Of a stretch of 64,000 nt of DNA, positions 53,796 to 62,180 are shown piece by piece. This DNA comes from a virus (lineage: Duplodnaviria; Heunggongvirae; Uroviricota; Caudoviricetes), in the IMG/VR virus record IMGVR_UViG_3300034157_000066; one strand, given 5' to 3'. Under the pieces are notes generated by a model. That model did no database searches. It worked only from the letters and a program-made list of their open reading frames with translations, and was not told where the DNA came from. The stretch's first letter is position 1; each line of letters begins with the position of its first letter. The translations under genes were made by a program, and so were the position numbers.

Positions 53796-53930
53796 ATGCA
53801 AGGTTCTTTCGGTGACGCAGTAGAACGTTTTCGCGGCGGCAAGAAAAAAGACAATGAACAAGCAAAGTTCCACAAAAAAGATAACGAGTTTCGGAATAAA
53901 CGCCGGAATCGTCATCAAGACGCAGAGTAA
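53796..53930 (+). CDS. small highly basic protein (44 aa), copy 2 of MQGSFGDA.ERFRGGKK family
   Basis: RBS aAAGGATACaaaacATG; MQGSFGDAVERFRGGKKKDNEQAKFHKKDNEFRNKRRNRHQDAE; terminator gcaaagcagtagccagtctactgctttcttgc. Confidence 0.65.
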   Translation: MQGSFGDAVERFRGGKKKDNEQAKFHKKDNEFRNKRRNRHQDAE

Positions 53931-53999
53931 TCAACCAGCAAAGCAGTAGCCAGTCTACTGCTTTCTTGCTAAAGTCTTTCTTTAACGAGGTTTGTCATC

Positions 54000-54248
54000 A
54001 TGAAAAATCAATCAGAAAGTGGGCTTGGTAATCAGAAATATCTTAAAATTGCCTTGACCTTTTTGGCAAGTATCTTGATTTTATCCACTGCGGCTGGTGT
54101 TGTTTATCACATTTGGTTGGGCACTCACCTTGTGGCCGTTGCTTTGAGTATTGTTTTGGTGGTAGAAGCTTTGGCCGTGTGCTACTGTAATGCCATTGTT
54201 CAATTGTTTAAGACGTTGGATAACGTTAACGACCTTATCAGCGATTAA
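54000..54248 (+). CDS. small membrane protein (82 aa)
   Basis: Two hydrophobic helices; ATG after terminator region. Confidence 0.5.
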   Translation: MKNQSESGLGNQKYLKIALTFLASILILSTAAGVVYHIWLGTHLVAVALSIVLVVEALAVCYCNAIVQLFKTLDNVNDLISD

Positions 54249-54269
54249 GCCTATTATTTGAGGAAATTT

Positions 54270-54584
54270 ATGTTGAAAATTCCACCCGGAACACGAATCC
54301 TTCTGGTCTATGATCCAGTTCATGGTGTTCCGACATCTGATGGTCTAGCTGCTGAATTTGTGGCGGATATTGTTGAAAGTAATGATGATCAGTTGATTTA
54401 CACATCCAGTTCGCTGGTTATTGATTATTTCCGATTGGCTGTCTTCAAGAAAGAGTTGTCGCCAAACGATATTGTCATTCGTTTTAATGATAAGGAAATT
54501 CTTCTTACGAAGGAAGGCCGATTTTCTGAGTGTCCAGTTGGTTTTTGCGACTATATGGAAAACATTCTTATGCAGTTGATTTAA
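54270..54584 (+). CDS. hypothetical protein (104 aa); paralog of 35849..36166
   Basis: RBS ttGAGGAaatttATG; track ORF 54258 trimmed; YDPVHGVPTSDG / FRLAVFKKELSPNDIV blocks. Confidence 0.6.
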   Translation: MLKIPPGTRILLVYDPVHGVPTSDGLAAEFVADIVESNDDQLIYTSSSLVIDYFRLAVFKKELSPNDIVIRFNDKEILLTKEGRFSECPVGFCDYMENILMQLI

Positions 54585-54667
54585 TTCATCAAAAATGAGT
54601 TTTTACTTTACTCAACAAGGCGATTTTGATATAATACAGACAAATCAGTTAGCCTTGGTATCTCATC

Positions 54668-55057
54668 ATGAAGACCAACAATCAGACAATCCTTAATGCC
54701 ATTGTAGAACGCTGTAAAGAGCGTAAGGCTTCTGCCTATACAGAACGCTTGACTGTGAATGGCGTCGAGTATGCCTACATGTCTGAGGTCGATCCACATT
54801 GTGATGAGCCTATGGGCGATGAGCGTGTTTGGACAATTACGTTTGTTGCAGTGAAACCCGGTTATTTTTTCATTTATCATTTGGATGGCGAGCGGTTTTG
54901 TGTTGAGCCTGAACTCGACAAACCTTACCAATTCAATTTTACTGAGCTTCACGCTTTGTTGAAAAAGAAAAATGTTAAACATTTTGATAATGAAAGTATT
55001 TGGGATAATGAGATTGAACCAGATAAAAAACTGGCTTGCATTTTCACTATTGGTTAA
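54668..55057 (+). CDS. hypothetical protein (129 aa)
   Basis: Promoter ttgaTATAAT ~54635-54644. Confidence 0.55.
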   Translation: MKTNNQTILNAIVERCKERKASAYTERLTVNGVEYAYMSEVDPHCDEPMGDERVWTITFVAVKPGYFFIYHLDGERFCVEPELDKPYQFNFTELHALLKKKNVKHFDNESIWDNEIEPDKKLACIFTIG

Positions 55058-55088
55058 TTATTAAGAAAAATAATCGGAGTTTGAACTA

Positions 55089-55421
55089 ATGAAAACTAAT
55101 GCACCATTTAATTTAACTATTAAATTCATGCAATATGGAGTTAATCCAGAAGCTGATCAATATGTTCATCAATGTTATTTTAATGCTGATGGCTCTATTG
55201 TAAAGCTTTCCCCTGACATGTCTGATCGGCCTGATGAAATCTTCTTTGCAGTCGAAACAAAACATGGTTGGAAAAAGATTGAAAATCGTGATTTGGTTGT
55301 ATTAGAAAATGGTAAACCTTATGTATATCCGCTGGCTCTTTTTTTGTCAAATCCACCTGTGGTATATGAAACACCTAAATCTAAAAGTTACGGCCTTTTT
55401 GGTTTGGTTATCGTGGATTAG
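55089..55421 (+). CDS. hypothetical protein (110 aa), tandem paralog A
   Basis: RBS atcGGAGtttgaactaATG; ...QYGVNPEADQYVHQCYFNADGSIVK...FFAVETKHGWKKIENRDLVVLENGKPYVYP. Confidence 0.6.
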   Translation: MKTNAPFNLTIKFMQYGVNPEADQYVHQCYFNADGSIVKLSPDMSDRPDEIFFAVETKHGWKKIENRDLVVLENGKPYVYPLALFLSNPPVVYETPKSKSYGLFGLVIVD

Positions 55422-55490
55422 TCGATCAATATTTTTACAAAAAATAAAGTTTATGTTATAATCGTTATCACAATTTATATGAGAGACATT

Positions 55491-55772
55491 ATGAAGAATT
55501 ATAAAAGTAAAGAAATTGTTGAATGTCAAGCCTTTCAGTATGGCACTGACCCAGAAGCTGCAGAACATGTTCATCAATGCTATATGGGCTATGAAAACAA
55601 AGTTGTCAAGGTTCCCGGTGATATGATGGGAACACCTAAAAATGCATTTTTCGGTGTGAAAACTAATGATGGCTGGCAACGCATTGAAGACGGTGACTTT
55701 GTTGTCCTGAAAAATGGCGAAAAACTGGTGGTGCCTTACTCGGTATTCAAACTCACTTTCTCGGAAGTTTAA
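55491..55772 (+). CDS. hypothetical protein (93 aa), tandem paralog B
   Basis: Promoter tgTTATAAT 55454-55462, RBS tGAGAGAcattATG; ...QYGTDPEAAEHVHQCYMGYENKVVK...FFGVKTNDGWQRIEDGDFVVLKNGEKLVVP. Confidence 0.6.
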   Translation: MKNYKSKEIVECQAFQYGTDPEAAEHVHQCYMGYENKVVKVPGDMMGTPKNAFFGVKTNDGWQRIEDGDFVVLKNGEKLVVPYSVFKLTFSEV

Positions 55773-55797
55773 AAAATCCTTTTTTGGAGTTGAAATT

Positions 55798-55968
55798 ATG
55801 CAAGGTTATATGGTTTATGCGTGGGATCAGTATTATCCGACAACCGCTGACAAGCAAGTGAAAGGTGTTTTTCTTGACGAAGTAAAGGCAGAAGCCTTGA
55901 AAAAGGAACTTGAGTCATCAGGTCATTACAACTACGTTGAATGCGAGCCTATTCCTATCATTGAATAA
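55798..55968 (+). CDS. hypothetical protein (56 aa)
   Basis: RBS tttGGAGttgaaattATG; track ORF 55714 trimmed; terminator aaaccccattcttggggttttg. Confidence 0.5.
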   Translation: MQGYMVYAWDQYYPTTADKQVKGVFLDEVKAEALKKELESSGHYNYVECEPIPIIE

Positions 55969-56047
55969 GATCTCAGCTAACTTCGATCATATTAGGATAT
56001 GAATAACAAAACCCCATTCTTGGGGTTTTGTTTGTGTGTTATATAGT

Positions 56048-56914
56048 TTAGTTAACTTGGCAAACTTGATATCCGCCTGATTGATATGGCCCACGTCTGT
56101 ATAGTTTACCATCAGTTCCTCTTACATCTGGATAGTTAGTTAAGTAGTCTGGATTGACATAATTTCTATATACAACATTACCTTGCCATAAAACAGTTAA
56201 TTCTGTAATGTAACCTTCATCTTCTTGATAACCCCATTCATAAGAACTCCATGCGAAGTTACATACTGTCGCTGGTTTTGTTCCAATACTTGTTCTGGTT
56301 GATGTGGTTGTAATGGATTGATTTTCAATAGTCGATGATCCTACATTTCTTATCACATTTGTGGTTGTTTCTTGTTCACGATTTTGTTTGCTACGAGTTT
56401 GAGGTTGCTTACAATCCGTTGCAGTTTGTGTGAATGATTGACCAGATGTGACCGTTGATGTGGCTGGACTCCAGTTCGTGCAGCTTGTTACAGCCCCACT
56501 ATTAACCCATGTTGTGACATCAGCAGCAATCGCCACCCATGTTTCTAATGTGCCTACAGCACTCCGTGTTTGAGTTGTGTTAATACTTTGGGATTCATTG
56601 TAAGGATTTCCAATGTTACGAATACTGCCTGAAACATTATCAACTTCTCGATCTTGCACTGTTCTGGTTTGATCTTGCTTACAGTCGTTTGCTGTTTGTG
56701 TAAACGTATTTCCGATGGTTATTGCAGATACTGCAGGACTCCAATTTAAACATGAATGCACACTTCCTGTGTTTTCCCAATCGCCATACAATGGAGAATT
56801 TGCAGTCCAACTGGCAAATCTTACTGGTTCATCTAAGTTAAATTTAACAATATATTCAGCTTGTATTATGCCACCAGCTAATGCCAGCGTTAATGATAGT
56901 AATGTTTTTTTCAT
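56048..56914 (-). CDS. secreted protein (288 aa) with two Cys-repeats and Cys-bounded aromatic C-terminal domain (...GGYQVCQVN)
   Basis: Signal peptide MKKTLLSLTLALAGGIIQA|EYIVKFNLDEP; repeats C.NWSP..S....G..FTQTA.DCKQ.QTR..Q.RE.....IRN.G twice; lone minus-strand gene in AT-rich intergenic context. Confidence 0.75.
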   Translation of the reverse strand: MKKTLLSLTLALAGGIIQAEYIVKFNLDEPVRFASWTANSPLYGDWENTGSVHSCLNWSPAVSAITIGNTFTQTANDCKQDQTRTVQDREVDNVSGSIRNIGNPYNESQSINTTQTRSAVGTLETWVAIAADVTTWVNSGAVTSCTNWSPATSTVTSGQSFTQTATDCKQPQTRSKQNREQETTTNVIRNVGSSTIENQSITTTSTRTSIGTKPATVCNFAWSSYEWGYQEDEGYITELTVLWQGNVVYRNYVNPDYLTNYPDVRGTDGKLYRRGPYQSGGYQVCQVN

Positions 56915-57177
56915 AAATATTTTATTATTTTTTTATATTTTAACATACAATAATATAAATGGAAGATATTAAACTAAAAAAAACTTTTAATTTTGCTTAA
57001 TTAACAATATAATTATGTGTATTTTACATATATTTATTTTGTAATATTGAGTTGAATGTTGTAATTTTATTGTTACCTATTTTAATGGGATGCTGTCAGC
57101 AATATCCTTAGATGATATTTTTGCTTTTGTCAATTTATAATTCATATAACTATTTGAAAAATAAGCTAAAAAAGTTC

Positions 57178-57206
57178 TTGACCTTAACAGTGATTTTCTC
57201 TATAAT
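57178..57206 (+). promoter_or_regulatory. promoter TTGACC-17-TATAAT driving the tRNA cluster, followed by conserved TACCCCA leader
   Basis: TTGACC 57178-57183, TATAAT 57201-57206; no ORF follows; tRNAs downstream. Confidence 0.55.
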
Positions 57207-57368
57207 TACCCCATCAAGACGAAACGGAGAAACAAACATCTTGCCAGAATAAACCAGCACTTCTTATAAGCAGCTTGTTTTGGAATAATAACTTCGGTTA
57301 CCAATATAGCTTGTAAGTATGGAACACTACTCGGTGCAGATATAAATAGAGTAGTCCATATCATATTA

Positions 57369-57454
57369 AGCCCGAGTGGTGAAATGGTAGACACGGGAGA
57401 CTTAAAATCTCCTTCTCGTGAGGGAGTGCCGGTTCGAGTCCGGCCTCGGGCACC
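57369..57454 (+). tRNA. tRNA-Leu (anticodon UAA), type II with long variable arm, CCA encoded
   Basis: Acceptor GCCCGAG/CTCGGGC, D-loop, anticodon stem GGAGA/TCTCC with loop CTTAAAA, long variable arm, T-arm GCCGG-TTCGAGT-CCGGC, discriminator A + CCA. Confidence 0.85.
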
Positions 57455-57721
57455 AAATTAAAAGTTGCACAATGTTCTTGAATGGCTTAAAATAGCCTAA
57501 CTTTAATCAGATGGAGATAAACAGAGATTTTCGTAGGTTGGCATCCTGCGAATTCAAGCAGAACCAAAGACCTTTGGTAGACAAATAAATCCAAAGTAGG
57601 GGCTTCGATAAAGAGATTAGAAGTCGCTTGGAATAGATTGCTAGGTATTTATATTTTAAAATAGAGAATATATAATTGAGGATACTGGGTGGTTTAGACA
57701 TGTTTCTAAGCCACCAACCAC
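57455..57721 (+). ncRNA. inter-tRNA spacer with hairpins; possible small stable RNA or processing signals (cf. small RNAs in the T4 tRNA cluster)
   Basis: 265-nt non-coding spacer; hairpin ggtggtttagacatgtttctaagccacc immediately 5' of tRNA-Met. Confidence 0.25.
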
Positions 57722-57798
57722 GGGACTTTAGCTCAGTTGGTTAGAGCGTCCGACTCATAATCGGCAGGTCGTAGGTTCAAGTCCTACAAGTCCCACCA
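57722..57798 (+). tRNA. tRNA with CAU anticodon (Met, or Ile2 if lysidinylated), CCA encoded
   Basis: Acceptor GGGACTT/AAGTCCC, D-arm GCTC-AGTTGGTTA-GAGC, anticodon loop CTCATAA, T-arm GTAGG-TTCAAGT-CCTAC, ACCA 3' end. Confidence 0.85.
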
Positions 57799-57907
57799 AA
57801 TTGAAAACAACATTAACCACCAGATAATCTAATCGAGTGCCCGAGGTGAACTACCGATGCAGCGATAACCTTAACCTAAATCAGAGAATTTAATTAAGAT
57901 GATAATA

Positions 57908-57934
57908 AAAACCCCGTTTATACGGGGTTTTTTG
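57908..57934 (+). terminator. rho-independent terminator ending tRNA transcription unit
   Basis: aaaaccccgtttatacggggttttttg. Confidence 0.75.
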
Positions 57935-58008
57935 TTTCTACAATATAATATCTTTACATTAATTGCTTTTTTTGTTATCATAACACCATTCAAAAAAGGA
58001 ACATTTCT

Positions 58009-58338
58009 ATGACCAACACTATTGAAGAATCGTCTCGCTATCAAACATTTGTAGACCGTGCAGTAGGCAATTTTTCGGATTATGAGAAGAATCTGAAAGG
58101 TGATGGTTCTTTTCAATATTCTGACCAAGTAATTGAACTTCTTCAACTGTCCAATAAAATGAATGGAAACTTGTTGGTTTATTTGTTTGGTAAACAACTT
58201 GGACATCATTTGGCTGAGAAGTTTGTGATTGAGTGCCGTCGCAACTTGCTTGAATTCTTCAATTGTATTGACAGTCAGTATCGTTTTTTTATCTTGCACG
58301 AACTTAAAAACAACAAACATCTGTTTGCTTATTGCTAG
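58009..58338 (+). CDS. hypothetical protein (109 aa)
   Basis: RBS aaAAGGAacatttctATG. Confidence 0.6.
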   Translation: MTNTIEESSRYQTFVDRAVGNFSDYEKNLKGDGSFQYSDQVIELLQLSNKMNGNLLVYLFGKQLGHHLAEKFVIECRRNLLEFFNCIDSQYRFFILHELKNNKHLFAYC

Positions 58339-58365
58339 TCTATCATTTAAAGAGGCTATATTTCC

Positions 58366-58542
58366 ATGCACGAAGAAATTCGAAAGACCTATTACCGTAA
58401 GCGTGCTGATGGCAGTATGGGTTATGCGGAAATCAGCAGTTATAGCTATCCCGATCAGGATCGTTTCCTTCAAGCCTGTTATTTTTTTGAAGCTGATGGC
58501 TATTATGAATCCTTTGAAGCCGCTCAAGACGCCAATGATTAA
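58366..58542 (+). CDS. hypothetical protein (58 aa), not in ORF track
   Basis: RBS aAAGAGGctatatttccATG; MHEEIRKTYYRKRADGSMGYAEISSYSYPDQDRFLQACYFFEADGYYESFEAAQDAND; terminator aagccgccaatatggcggtttttt follows. Confidence 0.5.
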   Translation: MHEEIRKTYYRKRADGSMGYAEISSYSYPDQDRFLQACYFFEADGYYESFEAAQDAND

Positions 58543-58642
58543 TCTGTTTTTTGTTGTTATTAAGCCGCCAATATGGCGGTTTTTTATTGCCCATTCTTTT
58601 GTTTTTTGCTATAATAAGTCATCAACCAAAGACAGGTTTATC

Positions 58643-59113
58643 ATGATTTCTATCGAACTGTATCCTAATCCAGCCGAAAACCCAGAGATTGTAAAACTGG
58701 TGTTTCAATCCATGCGGAATAAATACACTGCAGATTCAGATCCTGCTGGATTGACATTTAAAGAGGTTCGGTCGATTATCACCACTCACCCTGTTACTGT
58801 CATCAAAGATGGTGATAAAATTGTGGGTATTGTTAACGTCAATGAAGTTCACTTTTCGCTCAAAAATAGATTGGGTTTAGAACATGAGTATTTCAACCTT
58901 GGCATGATTTATATTGCGAAAAAAGAACGTGGTAATGGCTATGCCAGTCAGGTAGTTGAACATTTCCTTAAAATTCACAAAAACCTTATTTACATTGTTC
59001 ATGAAAGCAATAAAGCAAGCAATAAAATTGCCGTAAAATATTTCAAATTCTTTAAACAGCAAGGATCTTTCAGATCATTTGAACCCTATAACGTTTATAA
59101 GATAGAACAATAA
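58643..59113 (+). CDS. GNAT-family N-acetyltransferase-like protein (156 aa)
   Basis: Promoter ttgcTATAAT ~58603-58612, RBS aaAGACAGGtttatcATG; motif-A-like IAKKERGNGYASQVVEHFLK; track ORF 58229..59113 N-terminal 138 codons rejected. Confidence 0.5.
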   Translation: MISIELYPNPAENPEIVKLVFQSMRNKYTADSDPAGLTFKEVRSIITTHPVTVIKDGDKIVGIVNVNEVHFSLKNRLGLEHEYFNLGMIYIAKKERGNGYASQVVEHFLKIHKNLIYIVHESNKASNKIAVKYFKFFKQQGSFRSFEPYNVYKIEQ

Positions 59114-59216
59114 TCTGTAAAAAAATAGTGAACAATAATCCGGCCTAGTTGTCGGATTTTTTGCTTCAGTTTGAATAAATGTGCTATAATCCAAGAATAA
59201 TTTTAGAGGTGTTATC

Positions 59217-59825
59217 ATGACCGATCTCATTATTCCTGACCATGTGTTGGCGTCAGCAAAAGATTTTTTAGAACAAGAAACCTTTTTCTTTCAGAGTCGT
59301 GTGAGTGCTGTTTTTAAGCCGATGAAAATGGTTTATGATGATGTTGGCTGTTATTGTGTCATTGCCATGCCTAATGGTGATGAGCGATTTTTTGATAGTT
59401 ATCCATCCCTGAACCAAGTTGTTCGACATAGAGTTCCTATTTCCATAAAAGAAGGCAAAAAAAGAATTCCTTATGCTATTGATTTGAATGCTATCAATAG
59501 TTCAATCAAACTGAATCATAGAAATCTTTATCGCAATAATTTGTGGTTTGAGTTTACTGGTAATGATTTAAATAAGGTCATACTTAATCAATCTATTACA
59601 CCAGATGGTTCAGAGGATGTTAGGTACTTGTTATATTCTGATGAGTTGAGCAGTCAGTTTAAGTTAAATGAAAGCAACAGTGCTGCTTTTTATGTTTTCA
59701 ATCATTTAATGACGCATACTCAGTTGAAAGAGATTTTGCCAGAAGATAACTACTTTTCACAGTTTAAACATTTTGTAAAAACAGACAGTTCTCATATTGA
59801 ACTTTTAAAGATGTATGCAATTTAA
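59217..59825 (+). CDS. hypothetical protein (202 aa)
   Basis: Promoter gtgcTATAAT ~59181-59190, RBS tAGAGGTGttatcATG. Confidence 0.65.
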   Translation: MTDLIIPDHVLASAKDFLEQETFFFQSRVSAVFKPMKMVYDDVGCYCVIAMPNGDERFFDSYPSLNQVVRHRVPISIKEGKKRIPYAIDLNAINSSIKLNHRNLYRNNLWFEFTGNDLNKVILNQSITPDGSEDVRYLLYSDELSSQFKLNESNSAAFYVFNHLMTHTQLKEILPEDNYFSQFKHFVKTDSSHIELLKMYAI

Positions 59826-59869
59826 CAATAACACGTTACAAAAAATCATAAATTATATAGGAGAACTTT

Positions 59870-60127
59870 ATGAGTAAACCGCTTTATATTTTAGTCACTG
59901 ATGGTGGTGATGGCAGTTATAGCACTTCGTTTACGTTGGATTCTGATCTCATTAAACGGCTTGAAATTGCGGCGGAGAAGGGTTTGATGGAGCATCCACA
60001 TGCTGGTTATGATGGTGATGGCTTCCATTATGACACTATTCAGGTGCCTGATGATGCAACATATGAATCATTAGATATTTCATTTGTTTTGAGTGATGAT
60101 GCCGCAGATAAATTTGACAATCTTTGA
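59870..60127 (+). CDS. hypothetical acidic protein (85 aa)
   Basis: RBS atAGGAGAactttATG; terminator aaccgtcctagtgacggttttt. Confidence 0.6.
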   Translation: MSKPLYILVTDGGDGSYSTSFTLDSDLIKRLEIAAEKGLMEHPHAGYDGDGFHYDTIQVPDDATYESLDISFVLSDDAADKFDNL

Positions 60128-60228
60128 TATTTATAACTTTTCACCAATTAACCGTCCTAGTGACGGTTTTTATTGCTTCTAAATTCAGTTTTATGGTATA
60201 ATCAATTTCCACAATCGGAGGTTTAAAC

Positions 60229-60417
60229 ATGATTTTTACACCACATGCTCAGATTTACGTTAATGGACTTGGTGCATGGTTTCGCATTATTGATCAAACT
60301 GATGATAAGGTGCGGTTGGTTAACTCGGATGGTTACGCAAAGTGGGAAAGTAAAGCTGAAATCGAATCGTTGATGGAAAAGGATGAACCTTCTCTTTGCA
60401 CTGATGGTGATCTATAA
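60229..60417 (+). CDS. hypothetical protein (62 aa)
   Basis: Promoter tggTATAAT ~60195-60203, RBS atcGGAGGtttaaacATG. Confidence 0.6.
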   Translation: MIFTPHAQIYVNGLGAWFRIIDQTDDKVRLVNSDGYAKWESKAEIESLMEKDEPSLCTDGDL

Positions 60418-60554
60418 TGTGCAAGCCTTTTGAGTGGTTCTCAGTGGAAGCTTTTCCATTGTGGTTTGTGGGCACGATGGGCTTTTGTATGCTGCTTTTC
60501 ATGGTAGCTTCGATGGTTGAACATCATGTTAAATATGAACGAGTAGTGGGTTAA
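60417..60554 (+). CDS. possible small hydrophobic peptide (45 aa) coupled to upstream gene
   Basis: TAATG stop/start overlap; MCKPFEWFSVEAFPLWFVGTMGFCMLLFMVASMVEHHVKYERVVG. Confidence 0.3.
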   Translation: MCKPFEWFSVEAFPLWFVGTMGFCMLLFMVASMVEHHVKYERVVG

Positions 60555-60666
60555 GTTGTTTTGAAGGTTTTTGAAAAAAAATGATTGACCGATAAACCGC
60601 TTCTTGATATACTTATCCCATCAAAACGAAACAACACAAACAAACTAATAGGTTAGGAGATACAAA

Positions 60667-60801
60667 ATGCAAGGCTCTTTCGGTGACGCAGTAGAACGTT
60701 TTCGCGGTGGCAAGAAAAAAGACAATGAACAAGCGAAGTATCACAAAAAAGATAACGAGTTTCGGAAGCGTCGCCGTAATCGTCATCAAGACGCAGAGTA
60801 A
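60667..60801 (+). CDS. small highly basic protein (44 aa), copy 3 of MQGSFGDA.ERFRGGKK family
   Basis: Promoter cttgaTATACT ~60603-60613, RBS ttAGGAGAtacaaaATG; MQGSFGDAVERFRGGKKKDNEQAKYHKKDNEFRKRRRNRHQDAE; terminator aaggcatccgaaagggtgccttttttg. Confidence 0.65.
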   Translation: MQGSFGDAVERFRGGKKKDNEQAKYHKKDNEFRKRRRNRHQDAE

Positions 60802-60914
60802 AATCCTGTAAAAAAGGCATCCGAAAGGGTGCCTTTTTTGTTTCCGTTATAAAAATAGATTGCTTTAAAATCTGTTTTTTGTTATACTGTCACATCAATC
60901 AAAAAAGGTGACTT

Positions 60915-61295
60915 ATGAAAAATGTTATTGTTTTTCAACCAAGCTTTGGAAAAGAAGAACGTAAAATTTACGAACTGAACGCCGAAGGCAAGTTTTATGG
61001 TTCACTTCTTGATCCGGGAACTGGTTTTTCGTGGCAGAAAGTCGCTGATAATATCAATGGTTTTCATTTTTTTGATTCGGTTGATGAAGCTCAACTGTAT
61101 ATCAAAGAAAAACACGCGGGGGTTGTTGAAAAGTCAGAAGCTGATGTGTTTTGCCCTAAATGTAATCGCGGTTATATGGCGTGTGACCATTCAGATTTAG
61201 AAGTTTTTTGGTCGTATAAAAAAACATGTGCCTGTGACCATACATTCAAAATTGAAGGTCGCCAAATCATCTTGTATAACGTAGTGTCAGATTAG
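60915..61295 (+). CDS. hypothetical protein with C-terminal Cys4 zinc-ribbon-like motif (126 aa)
   Basis: Promoter tgTTATACT ~60879, RBS aaAAGGTGActtATG; CPKC...C.CDH. Confidence 0.6.
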   Translation: MKNVIVFQPSFGKEERKIYELNAEGKFYGSLLDPGTGFSWQKVADNINGFHFFDSVDEAQLYIKEKHAGVVEKSEADVFCPKCNRGYMACDHSDLEVFWSYKKTCACDHTFKIEGRQIILYNVVSD

Positions 61296-61320
61296 TTTCA
61301 TTAAAATAGGAGAAAAGATC

Positions 61321-61674
61321 ATGACGAAGAAAAAAGTAAAAGAACCCGACATTGACCAAAAATCACCAGATTTTATTGCCTTTGTGAAGCAGTTTAACTA
61401 CCGCATGAGCAAGGATAAGAAATCTTTCTACATGGAAGCCACCAGTTCTTGCATTGCTGATGAGGCTGTTGCGAAACCTCCACATTATGAAATCACGTTG
61501 GTGTTGTTTCCTGATAGTTCGTTGACAACTTTTTTGGCAATTGCGGAAGAAATTTACAACAAGGGCCAGTCTTGCATGGATGAAATTCACGACTACTACG
61601 ACACTCACTATCCAGAATATTCTTTCCAAATCACCTTTGTTGATTTGTATCGAATTTATTTAAAACATCAATAA
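61321..61674 (+). CDS. hypothetical protein (117 aa)
   Basis: RBS atAGGAGAaaagatcATG. Confidence 0.6.
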   Translation: MTKKKVKEPDIDQKSPDFIAFVKQFNYRMSKDKKSFYMEATSSCIADEAVAKPPHYEITLVLFPDSSLTTFLAIAEEIYNKGQSCMDEIHDYYDTHYPEYSFQITFVDLYRIYLKHQ

Positions 61675-61756
61675 AAACAAGTTTTTCCATAAATCATTGG
61701 TAAGTGGCTCAGTATTTTGCTATACTGCAGTCACTTAACCAAATCGAGTGATCATC

Positions 61757-62014
61757 ATGAATAACGTTCAGCAGCCAGCCTTTGAAACGACTGTAACCAA
61801 CAAAGAACAGTTGGTCAATCTTCTTGAACGAAACCGTGTTACATGCGTTGACCAGATGGGTGCTCTGTTCGATTTTATCGAATCAAGCAAATGGTCTACC
61901 TCTTTTCATATAAAAGCCTTCTGGGTTTATTCGACTATTCATGTCCATATGACCAATGCTGATGGCTTGATTATAGGTTTTGTAGAACGTAAACCTGCCC
62001 AACAAAATCTTTAA
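61757..62014 (+). CDS. hypothetical protein (85 aa)
   Basis: Promoter ttgcTATACT ~61716-61725; track ORF 61748 trimmed. Confidence 0.5.
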   Translation: MNNVQQPAFETTVTNKEQLVNLLERNRVTCVDQMGALFDFIESSKWSTSFHIKAFWVYSTIHVHMTNADGLIIGFVERKPAQQNL

Positions 62015-62180
62015 TTGATTACTTATTGACTTATTTAATTTACTTGTTATATTGTTAATAACTGTTCCTCGACAGGTAATTGGGTAAAACAAAAAGAGAT
62101 CTTCTGATCTCTTTTTTGTTGCCTAAAATTCTTATTTTTGATATAATGAACGCCTATTCTAATGAAATGATTGGTGATTT

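Noticed and set aside
56915-57000. T4 late-promoter (TATAAATA) search upstream of the five antisense secreted-protein genes
   Set aside because: No exact TATAAATA in the minus orientation at any of the five. Sigma70-like -10 boxes (TATAAT or TAAAAT) with plausible -35s are present instead, so I do not call them late genes.
57455-57721. Possible third tRNA in the spacer between tRNA-Leu and the CAU-anticodon tRNA
   Set aside because: No cloverleaf with a GTTCRANYC-type T-loop could be built by eye. Left as a spacer with hairpins at low confidence; a dedicated tRNA predictor should confirm.
58229-58642. N-terminal 138 codons of track ORF 58229..59113
   Set aside because: Would overlap the RBS-supported 58-aa gene 58366..58542 and a terminator plus promoter (58550-58615). 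The true acetyltransferase-like gene starts at ATG 58643 with a good RBS.
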